Shown: in pieces, positions 24,645 through 32,000 of the stretch
Layout: every line of letters begins with the position of its first letter
Position numbering within the stretch: the first letter of the stretch is position 1
Assembly: GCF_008065095.1 (NCBI RefSeq)
Contig: NZ_CP042911.1
Span: 1,380,001 to 1,412,000 of the forward strand
Direction: 5' to 3'
From: Gemmata obscuriglobus
Lineage (GTDB): Bacteria > Planctomycetota > Planctomycetia > Gemmatales > Gemmataceae
Length of the DNA: 32,000 bases
The notes under the pieces: model-generated
Told to the model about the DNA's origin: nothing
Database searches by the model: none
What the model saw: the letters and a program-made list of their open reading frames with translations, nothing else
Made by a program: the position numbers and the translations under genes

Positions 24645-25424
24645 TCACCCCGCGTCCGCGTCCGCTTCGGGGCCGAGGCGGCCGTCCAGGTGCCAGTCGC
24701 CCAGCACCCGCGTGTACACCTTCTCCCCGGTCGGCAGCTTCACCAGCGCCAGCGGGCCGTCCCGGCCCAGCAGCTCCCCGCGCACCGCCGGCACCGCCCG
24801 CACCCGGCCCGACCGGCTCGCCACCTCCAGCCGCGCGCCCGGCCCGCCCGGCACCTCGCACGTCTGCTCGGTGCGGGCGTCGGTCACCACCACCGCCTCG
24901 CCCTCCAGCTCGCCCGGCACCCACACCGTCCGGGCCGGCGGGCGCGGCTTCGGGCGCGCCGGCGGGGGCGGCGCGGGCTCCGGCTCGGGGGCCGGGAACA
25001 GCGTCCCCTGCTGGCGCCCGAACACCCACCCCCGCGCGTCCGACGAGTACGCCACGTGCCGCTGCCGGAGCTGCCGCAGCGCCTGCTTCACCGTGTCCTT
25101 CTTGGGCGGCTTGTTCGGGTAGTCCCGCGCCCACCGCTCCGCCACCTCGCCGGCGCGGATCACCGCCTCCGGGCCGCGCTCCTCCCGCAGCCGCCGCAGC
25201 ACCCGGAACGCACGCCGCAGCGCCGGCGACGGCTTGGCCCCCAGCTCCGGCGGCAGGTCCGCGGTGCTCGCGTCCGGGTCCGCCGCCTCCGCCCGCGCGC
25301 CGAGCGTGATGCGGACCCCGTCCAGGTTCAGGCTCTCCCGCAGCCGCTCGCGGCCGTGCCGCCGCATCAGCCCGCGGGCCGCGAAGAAGATCTGCCGCAG
25401 CTCGGTTTCGTAGGTCGAACCCAT
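24645..25424 (-). CDS. hypothetical protein
   Basis: Start taken at the internal ATG 25424 (MGSTYETELRQIFF...). GC3 is high and the composition is balanced apart from a Pro-rich linker. No family recognised. Confidence 0.6.
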   Translation of the reverse strand: MGSTYETELRQIFFAARGLMRRHGRERLRESLNLDGVRITLGARAEAADPDASTADLPPELGAKPSPALRRAFRVLRRLREERGPEAVIRAGEVAERWARDYPNKPPKKDTVKQALRQLRQRHVAYSSDARGWVFGRQQGTLFPAPEPEPAPPPPARPKPRPPARTVWVPGELEGEAVVVTDARTEQTCEVPGGPGARLEVASRSGRVRAVPAVRGELLGRDGPLALVKLPTGEKVYTRVLGDWHLDGRLGPEADADAG

Positions 25425-25535
25425 GCTCGGGCTCCCGGCGTGTATTTTCCTGTCCCACACGGGTGAGCGGTTCTCACGGGGCGGGCGCGTCGCTTATGGT
25501 TTAGTGTACAATTGACCAGTTGCGAGGGCGACGGT

Positions 25536-25772
25536 GTGGGCGACGAAATTCGTGCGGAGCTGGTGCGGCTGATCGACGCGGGGGACGTGTACGGCCTGCT
25601 GTGCGCGGCGGCGCGGCTGTGGGTGCGGGAGTACCACCCGGACACGGTGCGGGCGGCGCTGTACGCGACCGCGGCGGACGACCTGGAGCCGATGCGGCTC
25701 AGGATCCCGCTCGCGGCTTCCGGGCCGGCGCCCGCTGCCGCTGCCGTTCCAGCTCCGCCGCCGCCGCCATAG
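25536..25772 (+). CDS. small hypothetical protein
   Basis: GTG 25536 is preceded by GAGGGC. GC3 is high for about 65 codons. The 3' end overlaps the convergent 25699..26010 ORF by 74 nt, so one of the two may be shorter or spurious. Confidence 0.35.
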   Translation: MGDEIRAELVRLIDAGDVYGLLCAAARLWVREYHPDTVRAALYATAADDLEPMRLRIPLAASGPAPAAAAVPAPPPPP

Positions 25773-26010
25773 CCGCGAGCCGGGCGGCGGCGGCGGCCTC
25801 CTCGGCGGCCTGCACCTTGCGGATCTGCTCGCGGTGCGTCTCGTGCAGCTCGGCCAGGTTGGCCCCGGCCACCCGCTGGAGCAGTTGGGCCGTGGACAGC
25901 GGGAGCACCAGCGTCAGCTCCGCGAGCTGCTGGGCCATCTGCCGGAAGCACCGCACCTGGGTGGTCTCCTGGTCCGCTTCGCCCTTGCGCGGGCGCCCCG
26001 TCTTCGCCAT
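25699..26010 (-). CDS. small basic hypothetical protein (N-terminal GRPRKG motif, coiled-coil-like C-terminus)
   Basis: Internal ATG 26010 (MAKTGRPRKGEADQ...). GC3 is high. The track N-terminal extension runs through AT-rich upstream DNA. Confidence 0.55.
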   Translation of the reverse strand: MAKTGRPRKGEADQETTQVRCFRQMAQQLAELTLVLPLSTAQLLQRVAGANLAELHETHREQIRKVQAAEEAAAAARLAAMAAAAELERQRQRAPARKPRAGS

Positions 26011-26120
26011 GCCGACCCTCGGTTCCGGAGCCCGGCGCACCCGCACCGGCGCCAACCAGTGTGACCGCAAACCGAAATTCCCGCAACCGCATCTCGCTAC
26101 CAGTGTTGACAGGAATGCGA

Positions 26121-26136
26121 AAAGTGTTAACACTTT
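26121..26136. promoter_or_regulatory. 16-bp perfect palindrome AAAGTGTTAACACTTT (operator candidate)
   Basis: Lies in a locally AT-rich patch about 110 nt upstream of the 26010 start. A TTGACA hexamer sits at 26106..26111. Confidence 0.35.
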
Positions 26137-26171
26137 ATAAGTGGACAAAAGAACAGTATGTGCAAGGGAGA

Positions 26172-26595
26172 CAACCTACCCCCCGGCCCAAGGCAACCTA
26201 CCCCCCGGCCCCCTCCCTGAAGGGAGGGGGAGTAAAGGCAACCTACCCCCCGGCCCCCTCCCTAAAGGGAAGGGGTGGCGCCGAGAGGAGTGGTCCCGAA
26301 GCGGAAGGAGGGCGCGGGGCGCAGACCCACCCCCCGGCCCCCTCCCTGAAGGGAGGGGAGGAAGACACGGGCGAATTTGAAGCGTGGCGCCACCCGCTCG
26401 CGCCGGGACCACTCCTCTCGGCGCCACCCCCTCCCTTCAGGGAGGGGGCCGGGGGGTAGGTCGCCCCGCACGCGCGCGCCTCTCACGCCGGGACCACTCC
26501 TCTCGGCGCCACCCCCTCCCTTCAGGGAGGGGACTGGGGGGTAGGTTGCCTTTCCTCCCCTCCTTTCAGGGAGGGGGTCGGGGGTGGGTTGCCTT
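26172..26595. repeat. G/C hairpin repeat cluster C (6 cores)
   Basis: Mixed orientations. Includes a 137-bp unit (26325..26461) with inverted hairpin ends. The cluster abuts the stop codon of the 26596 gene. Confidence 0.9.
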
Positions 26596-26895
26596 TCAGT
26601 GGCGCTCTTCGAGGGCGCAGGAGAGCTGCATGCGGCCGCCGTCGAGGTGGATGAGCCAGGGCTCGTCGGGGACGCCGCCGGGCTCGCGGGTGCAGTTGCG
26701 GCCGTCCACGGTGACCGCGTAGGGGCGCAGCTTGATCACCTCGGGGCCGGGCGGGTGCAGCCGGCTGACCGTCACCGGGCCGGTGAAGTCGATGGGCGGC
26801 AGCTCCGGCGCGGGCCGGGCCGGGCGGCCGCGGGCCACCAGCCCCACGGCGAGCCCGCAAGCGAACATCAGCACCAGTGGTAGCAGCCTGCGCAC
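26596..26895 (-). CDS. small membrane-anchored hypothetical protein
   Basis: GTG 26895 is preceded by AGGAGG at 6 nt spacing. N-terminal TM segment LLPLVLMFACGLAVGLV. GC3 is high. Confidence 0.5.
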   Translation of the reverse strand: MRRLLPLVLMFACGLAVGLVARGRPARPAPELPPIDFTGPVTVSRLHPPGPEVIKLRPYAVTVDGRNCTREPGGVPDEPWLIHLDGGRMQLSCALEERH

Positions 26896-27047
26896 GGCGA
26901 ACCTCCTGCGAGAACGGACGCCCACTGATACGTGTGACGGTCGCGCGACCGGACATCGAGACGGCTGTTTGTGACGATTTCGCCGGCGCGCGGGACTGTG
27001 CGCCGGGTTCGCCGGACCCTTCGGGTTCCCCTTTGAGGAGTGCTCTC

Positions 27048-27650
27048 GTGAAGAAGGTGTTCACCAGCGGGCAGGTGGCGAAGCTGTGCAACGTCGCGCC
27101 GCGGACGGTGTCGAAGTGGTTCGACGCGGGGCGCCTGAAGGGGTACCGGATGCCGGGGTCCAATGACCGCCGCATCCCGCGCGAGAACCTGATGCGGTTT
27201 TTGCGCGAGAACGGGATGCCGACGGCGGCTCTGGAGGCGGAGGAGTCGTTCGTGGTGCTGCTGGTCGGTGCGGAGCCGCGGGCGGCGGGGCGGCTGCGGG
27301 AGCTGCTGCCGGCGCCGGCGTTCAAGGTGGAGGCGCCGCCCTCGCTGTTCCACGCCGGCGCGCTGGCGAGCGCGGTGCCATTAGGAGCAATAGTGGTGGA
27401 CCTGGCGGTGGGGCGCGGGGACGGGGTGGCGATCGCGGAGCGGCTGCGGGGCGCGGAGCCGCCCGCGCGGGCGTACCTGGCGGCGCTGACGGGCGAGGAC
27501 GAGACGGCGCCCGGGGAGCTGCTGGCGGCCGGGTTCGACGCGCTGTTCCAGAAGCCGCTCGACGTGCGCGCGCTGGCGGTGGCCCTGGCGGCCCGCCACG
27601 ACCGGTTCGCGCCCGGGGTAGACCTGCCGCGCGCCGCGGCGCTGGCGTGA
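27048..27650 (+). CDS. excisionase/MerR-type HTH DNA-binding domain fused to a receiver-like domain
   Basis: FTSGQVAKLCNVAPRTVSKWFDAGRLKGYRMPGSNDRRIPRENLMRFL matches the excisionase-family HTH. Downstream VVLLVG..., IVVDLAV, LAALTG and FQKPLD resemble CheY-like receiver landmarks. GTG 27048 is preceded by GAGGAG. Confidence 0.75.
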   Translation: MKKVFTSGQVAKLCNVAPRTVSKWFDAGRLKGYRMPGSNDRRIPRENLMRFLRENGMPTAALEAEESFVVLLVGAEPRAAGRLRELLPAPAFKVEAPPSLFHAGALASAVPLGAIVVDLAVGRGDGVAIAERLRGAEPPARAYLAALTGEDETAPGELLAAGFDALFQKPLDVRALAVALAARHDRFAPGVDLPRAAALA

Positions 27651-27652
27651 AG

Positions 27653-27926
27653 ACAACCTACCCCCCGGCCCCCTCCCTGAAGGGAGGGGGAGCAGAAACC
27701 ACCGCGCGCCCAAGGCGAGATCGATGCGCCGTGGTTTTTCTCCCCTCCCTGCAGGGAGGGGCTGGGGGTGGGTTCTCGCTTCGCGTGCGCCTCTCGCCAC
27801 GGGACCACTCCTATCGGCGCCACCCCCTCCCTTCCGCCGGCCCACGGAAGCTCCGCTGACCGGGCCGGCGAGCACGACGAGGGGGCCGGGGGGTAGGTCT
27901 TCGCGGCCGGGGGGTAGGTTGCCTTT
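27653..27926. repeat. G/C hairpin repeat cluster D (2 full cores plus 1 interrupted by the nested element at 27834..27878)
   Basis: A 120-bp unit (27655..27774) is homologous, in opposite orientation, to 18047..18165. CCGGGGGGTAGGT is duplicated at the 3' end. Confidence 0.9.
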
Positions 27927-27944
27927 GTGTACGAGGAGCACCGC

Positions 27945-28466
27945 GTGACGACACACCCCGAGCGGGCGGCGCTGCTGGGCGCGATCCGGGCGCGGCCCGA
28001 CGACGACACCCTGCGCCTCGTGTACGCCGACTGGCTCGACGACCGGGGGGCCGGCGACCGGGACGCGGCGACGGCGGAGTTCATCCGGGCGTCGTGCGGG
28101 GACCGGCCGCGGCGGGCCATGCCCCGGGCCGCGTACCGGTGGCTGCTGGGGGCGACAGGGGCGAATTGGCGCCGGCTGGTGCCGGGGGTGCTCGCCCGGT
28201 TCGGGGCGGGGTCGGGGGCCGGGTGCCGGCGCGGGCGGGCGGTGTCGTGCGCGCTGGCGCTGCCCGGTTCGGGGCGGCGGTACGCGGTCGCGTTCGAGTT
28301 CGAGCGCGGGTTCGTGCGCGCCGCCCGGTTCTGCTCGGCGCACGCCGCGAGTGTCGTACTGGACGCGCTTCAGGACGATCAACCGCTGGCGCACCTGCTC
28401 ATTGCGGGGGTGCGTCCGGAGCGGGCGCGCCCGCTGGCGTCCCGGCTCGCGCCGGCGCGGGGGTGA
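27945..28466 (+). CDS. TIGR02996 domain protein (short, no repeat domain)
   Basis: ERAALLGAIRARPDDDTLRLVYADWLDDRGAGDRDAATAEFIRA. GTG 27945 is preceded by GAGGAG at 6 nt spacing. Confidence 0.7.
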   Translation: MTTHPERAALLGAIRARPDDDTLRLVYADWLDDRGAGDRDAATAEFIRASCGDRPRRAMPRAAYRWLLGATGANWRRLVPGVLARFGAGSGAGCRRGRAVSCALALPGSGRRYAVAFEFERGFVRAARFCSAHAASVVLDALQDDQPLAHLLIAGVRPERARPLASRLAPARG

Positions 28467-28492
28467 TGGCGACCGACCCACCCGGCCCCGAA

Positions 28493-28975
28493 GAACCTAC
28501 CCCTCGGCCCCCTCCCTGAAGGGAGGGGGTGGCGCGGTGAGGGGTGGTCCCGGTGCGAGAGGGGGGCGCGTGCGGGGCGACCTACCCCCCAGCCCCCTCC
28601 CTGAAGGGAGGGGGAGCAGAACCGAATACAACCCACCCCCAGCCCCTCCCTGAAGGGAGGGGAGGAAGACACGGGCGAACTTGAAGCGTGGCGTGCGCCT
28701 TCCGCGCCGGGACCACTCCTATCGGCGCCACCCCCTCCCTTCAGGGAGGGGGCCGGGGGGTAGGTCGCCCCGCACGCGCCCCCGCTCGCGCCAGGACCAC
28801 TCCTCCCGGCGCCACCCCCTCCCTTCAGGGAGGGGGCCGGGGGGTAGGTCTACGCCCCGCGTGCGCCTTCCGCGCCGGGACCAATCCTATCGGCGCCACC
28901 CCCTCCCTTTAGGGAGGGGGCCGGGGGGTAGGTTCTTCGGGGCCGGGGGGTAGGTTGCCCGGGGGGTAGGTTGCC
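28493..28975. repeat. G/C hairpin repeat cluster E (6 cores plus three tandem CCGGGGGGTAGGTT tails)
   Basis: Includes a 135-bp unit (28631..28765) homologous to 26325..26461, followed by two tandem units of about 85 bp. It ends about 35 nt before the primase start. Confidence 0.9.
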
Positions 28976-29008
28976 TCTCCTGTTTCGCGTTCACGCCTGG
29001 ACCGATTT

Positions 29009-31732
29009 ATGACCGTCGCCCACCCGAACCCCTGGCACGCGCGGGCCGACGAGCTGGCGCGCTGGGCGCTGCTCCGCATGGTGAACCGCACCGACCGGTG
29101 CGGCGGGTGCTTCGTCGGCGCGGGCGGGACGGTCCACCGCACCACCCGCCCGCCGAAGGTGCCGATCCCCGGGTTCGTCAGCCACTCCCGGCTCGTCCAG
29201 CACTTCAGCGCCACCGCCGCGGCCCACGTGGTCGGGCTGCACGCCATCGCCCCGGACGGCACCGGGAAGTGGGTCGCGGTGGACGTGGACGCGCACGCCG
29301 ACCGGCCGTTCGACCCGGACGCCAACGAGCGGTTCGCGCGGGCCGGCTTCGACCGCCTCACCGGCCTCGGGTTCCGCCCGCTCCTCACGCAGTCCAACGG
29401 CACCGGCGGGTTCCACCTGCTGGCCCTGTTCGCCGAGCCGGTGCCGGCCCGGGAGCTGTTCGCGTTCGGCCGCTGGCTGGCCCGTGACCACGCCGCGTTC
29501 GGCCTCCCCGGCGCGCCGGAGACGTTCCCCAAGCAGCGCGAGCTGCGCGCGAACGCCCGGTACGGGAGCTGGCTCCGGCTGGTCGGCCGGCACCACGCCC
29601 GGGACTTCTGGTCACCCGTGTGGGACGGCACCGGCTGGCGCACCGGGGCCGACGCCGTGGAACACGTGCTGTCGCTGACCGGCGACTCTCCGGCCCTGAT
29701 CCCCCCCGACACCCGCGCCCCGGAACCCGTCCGCGCCCCCGCCCCCGCCCCCGTTGCGCGGGCGCCGCAGCGCCGGCCCGGCCCCGACGGGGAAACGGAC
29801 GTGTTCGCGGCGTACAACCGCGCGGCCACGGAAGAGGCGGTCGGGGACCTGCTCCAGCGGCACGGGTGGACCCCCTTGGGGCGGCGCGGGCCGCGCTGGG
29901 ACTTCCGCCGACCGGGCAAGGACGCCGACACGAGCGGCAACCTGATGCCGGTGTCCGGGGTGCCGATCTTCTACGGGTTCACCGACGCCACCAACGTCCC
30001 CCCGGACCGCGGGCTGAACCCCAGCCAGTTGCGGTGCCACCTGGAGTTCGGCGGGGACTTCGCCCGGCTGGCCGAGCGGCTCCGCACCGAAGGGTACGCC
30101 CCGCGCCGCCCGGCCGCGCCGGCCACCGCGGGAAGCGACGGGACCGCCGCACCGCCCCCGCCACCGCCACCCGCGCCGAGCGGGGCAGGGGAGGGGGCGA
30201 ACGATCCGGAGCCGGTCCACGAGGACTTTCTGGACCCGCACCGGCTCGGGCGGCTGCTGGTGCCGCGGGCGGGCGAGCTGCCCACGGTGATCTACCACCG
30301 GGCGGAGTGGTGGGAGTGGCGCGACGGGCGGTACGTGTCGGTGCCCGACGACGACTTCGAGAAGCGGGCGTGGGTGGTGCTGCGGGGCGAGTGCGAGGCG
30401 GCGCACCGGGTGGCGGTGGCGGCTTGGGGGCACGGCGGGCGGCAGGGGCCGCGGCCCAAGGTGGTGAAGCTGGACACGCGGAAGGTGGGCAACGCCGTGA
30501 CGGCCGCGGCCTCCATGTGCCACCTGGACGGGGCGGTCGCGTGGCCGGTGCTGCTGGCCGCCGACCCGGCCGACGCGGACCACATCCCCCGGCTGCGCCC
30601 GGCCCCGGAGCCGCGCGAGTTCGTGGCGTGCGCCAACGGGCTGATCGACGTGGCCGAACTGTTCGCGACCGGCCGCGCGACGCTGCACCCGGCCACGCCG
30701 CTGTACTTCACCCCGGCCGCGATCCCGGTCGCGTTCGACCCGGCCGCAGAGTGCCCGACCTTCCTCCGGTTCCTCGACCGGGTGACCGAGGGGGACGCGG
30801 AGCGGCAGTCGCTCCTCCAGGAGATCGCCGGGTACTTGCTCCGGTTCGACACCCGCTTTCAGCAGTTTTTCCTACTAACGGGCGACGGCGCGAACGGGAA
30901 GAGTACGTTCCTGGCGGCGCTGCGCGCGCTGATCGGCGACCACAACTACGCGTCGGTGCCGCTGGAGGAGTTCGGCGAGCGGTTCACGCTGGGGGCGACG
31001 CTGGGGAAGCTGGTGAACGCGGTGGCCGAGGTGGGGGAGCTGGACAAGGTGGCGGAGGCCAAGCTGAAGAGCTTCGTGGGCGGCGATCTGATGACGTTCG
31101 ACCGGAAGAACAAGGCCCCGGTCTCGGCCCGGCCCACGGCCCGGCTGCTGCTCTCCACCAACACCCCGCCGCGGTTCGCGGACCGCACGGAGGGGGTGTG
31201 GCGGCGGTACCAGTTGGTGCCGTTCACGGCGGTGATCTCGGCGGAGGAGCGGGTGCGGGGGATGAGCGAGCCGGAGTGGTGGGTATCGTCCGGGGAATTG
31301 CCGGGCGTGCTGAACTGGGCGCTGGCGGGGCTGCTGCGGCTGCACCGGGCGAACGGGTTCACGTCCAGCGCGGCGTGCGAGGCGGCGAAGGCCGAGCACC
31401 GGGAGTTGTGCAACCCGCACCGGCTGTTCCTGGGTGAGCACGTGCGGGCGCAGGAGGGCGCGGCGCTGCGGTGCGTGGAGCTGTTCGCGGCGTACGTGGA
31501 GTGGTGCCGGCAGCGGCGGTACTTGCCGCTGGCGGACGGGAACTTCGGGGCGGAGGTGCGGAAGGTGTTCCGCCGGGTGACGAAGTCCCGGCCGCGGAAC
31601 GGCCGGGAGCGGCAGAACGTGTACTCCGGGGTGACGTGGACGGAGGGACGCCCGGACGGGCTGCTGACCGAGTACGACCGCCGCCGCCGGGACGCCACCG
31701 GCTGGACCCCGGACGACGACCGCCCGGGGTGA
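29009..31732 (+). CDS. bifunctional primase-polymerase (Prim-Pol) / P4-D5-type SF3 helicase
   Basis: N-terminal Prim-Pol landmarks (WVAVDVDAH, TQSNGTGGFHLLALF). C-terminal phage/plasmid primase P4-family domain with Walker A (LTGDGANGKSTF), then LLLSTNTPPRF and WRRYQLVPF. Confidence 0.9.
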   Translation: MTVAHPNPWHARADELARWALLRMVNRTDRCGGCFVGAGGTVHRTTRPPKVPIPGFVSHSRLVQHFSATAAAHVVGLHAIAPDGTGKWVAVDVDAHADRPFDPDANERFARAGFDRLTGLGFRPLLTQSNGTGGFHLLALFAEPVPARELFAFGRWLARDHAAFGLPGAPETFPKQRELRANARYGSWLRLVGRHHARDFWSPVWDGTGWRTGADAVEHVLSLTGDSPALIPPDTRAPEPVRAPAPAPVARAPQRRPGPDGETDVFAAYNRAATEEAVGDLLQRHGWTPLGRRGPRWDFRRPGKDADTSGNLMPVSGVPIFYGFTDATNVPPDRGLNPSQLRCHLEFGGDFARLAERLRTEGYAPRRPAAPATAGSDGTAAPPPPPPPAPSGAGEGANDPEPVHEDFLDPHRLGRLLVPRAGELPTVIYHRAEWWEWRDGRYVSVPDDDFEKRAWVVLRGECEAAHRVAVAAWGHGGRQGPRPKVVKLDTRKVGNAVTAAASMCHLDGAVAWPVLLAADPADADHIPRLRPAPEPREFVACANGLIDVAELFATGRATLHPATPLYFTPAAIPVAFDPAAECPTFLRFLDRVTEGDAERQSLLQEIAGYLLRFDTRFQQFFLLTGDGANGKSTFLAALRALIGDHNYASVPLEEFGERFTLGATLGKLVNAVAEVGELDKVAEAKLKSFVGGDLMTFDRKNKAPVSARPTARLLLSTNTPPRFADRTEGVWRRYQLVPFTAVISAEERVRGMSEPEWWVSSGELPGVLNWALAGLLRLHRANGFTSSAACEAAKAEHRELCNPHRLFLGEHVRAQEGAALRCVELFAAYVEWCRQRRYLPLADGNFGAEVRKVFRRVTKSRPRNGRERQNVYSGVTWTEGRPDGLLTEYDRRRRDATGWTPDDDRPG

Positions 31733-31737
31733 GGAAG

Positions 31738-32000
31738 ACCTACCCCCCGGCCCCCTCGGCGTGCTCGCCGGCCCGGTCAGCGGAGCTTCCGTGGGCCGGC
31801 GGAAGGGAAGGGGTGGCGCCGGGAGCGTTGGTCCCGGCGCGAGAGGCGCACGCCACGCTTCGCGTTCGCCCGTGTCTTCCCCCCCTCCCTTCAGGGAGGG
31901 GGCCGGGGGGTAGGTTGCCCCGCACGCGCCCTCTCCCGCTCCGGGACCACTCGTCCCGGCGCCACCCCCTCCCTTTAGGGAGGGGGCCGGGGGGTAGGTT
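31738..32000. repeat. G/C hairpin repeat cluster F (runs to the window edge)
   Basis: 31738..31916 is an inverted copy of the 28631..28765 unit, with one hairpin interrupted by the nested element (31759..31802). A further unit fills 31917..32000. Confidence 0.9.

Noticed and set aside
23738-25309. 523-aa plus-strand ORF, and 24592..25458 on the minus strand
   Set aside because: It crosses the aat frame, a repeat cluster and the antisense of another gene. It is extremely Pro/Ala/Arg/Gly-rich, so it is a shadow frame.
29612-31437. Alternate-frame ORFs inside the primase gene (29620..31437 plus strand, 29612..30688 minus strand, and others)
   Set aside because: The 29009..31732 frame carries the Prim-Pol and Walker A/P4-primase motifs. 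The others are low-complexity shadows.
24645-31732. Calling the region a prophage
   Set aside because: No capsid, tail, terminase, lysis or integrase genes are visible. Only replication and regulatory-type genes are present, so it is reported only as a candidate decayed integrative element.
18033-32000. CRISPR array interpretation of the repeat clusters
   Set aside because: The repeats occur in both orientations within a cluster and are strongly self-complementary. Spacing is irregular and the intervening sequences are themselves conserved between clusters. No cas genes are present.
1-32000. tRNA, rRNA, tmRNA or riboswitch genes
   Set aside because: By-eye scanning of the intergenic regions found no cloverleaf-compatible T-arm or anticodon-arm patterns and no recognisable riboswitch cores. 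This is not a substitute for tRNAscan or Infernal.

Overview
Very GC-rich window, most likely from a Gemmata-like planctomycete. This is inferred from two prepilin-type DUF1559 proteins and two TIGR02996 repeat-companion proteins, one of them carrying RNI-type leucine-rich repeats. Recognisable genes are gyrA, aat, nikR, an SDR epimerase, an FkbM methyltransferase, a metallophosphoesterase and a 2OG-Fe(II) oxygenase. Mobile DNA: a single-ORF IS66-family element (7473..9069, 8-bp target duplication) sits inside an IS4-family element (7144..10230) and splits its transposase. The last 7.6 kb holds a Prim-Pol/P4-D5 primase-helicase, an excisionase-type HTH fused to a receiver-like domain, and small orphan ORFs; it looks like a decayed integrative element. 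No integrase, tRNA, rRNA or CRISPR was found. The most unusual content is non-coding. (1) About two dozen copies of a G/C hairpin repeat (CCCCCTCCCT-loop-GGGAGGGGG plus CCGGGGGGTAGGTT) are assembled into 120-140 bp MITE/BIME-like units that fill nearly every intergenic gap after 24.4 kb. (2) A second hairpin element is inserted at the same point in the loop of the first, three times. (3) A modular palindromic element (ACAGGAT 9-mers plus TTGACGAGCCGCGACC) has inverted copies bracketing a DUF1559 gene. (4) A 29-bp perfect inverted repeat is built from (GGTTCCA)3. (5) A roughly 400-bp T-poor, GGA-rich modular palindrome lies between gyrA and the epimerase. The best candidate for a new functional module is a NikR-divergent operon encoding a pilin-like DUF1559 protein, a DUF4198-like metal-binding protein and an 800-aa 2OG oxygenase. 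All family calls come from motif recognition by eye; no searches were run.
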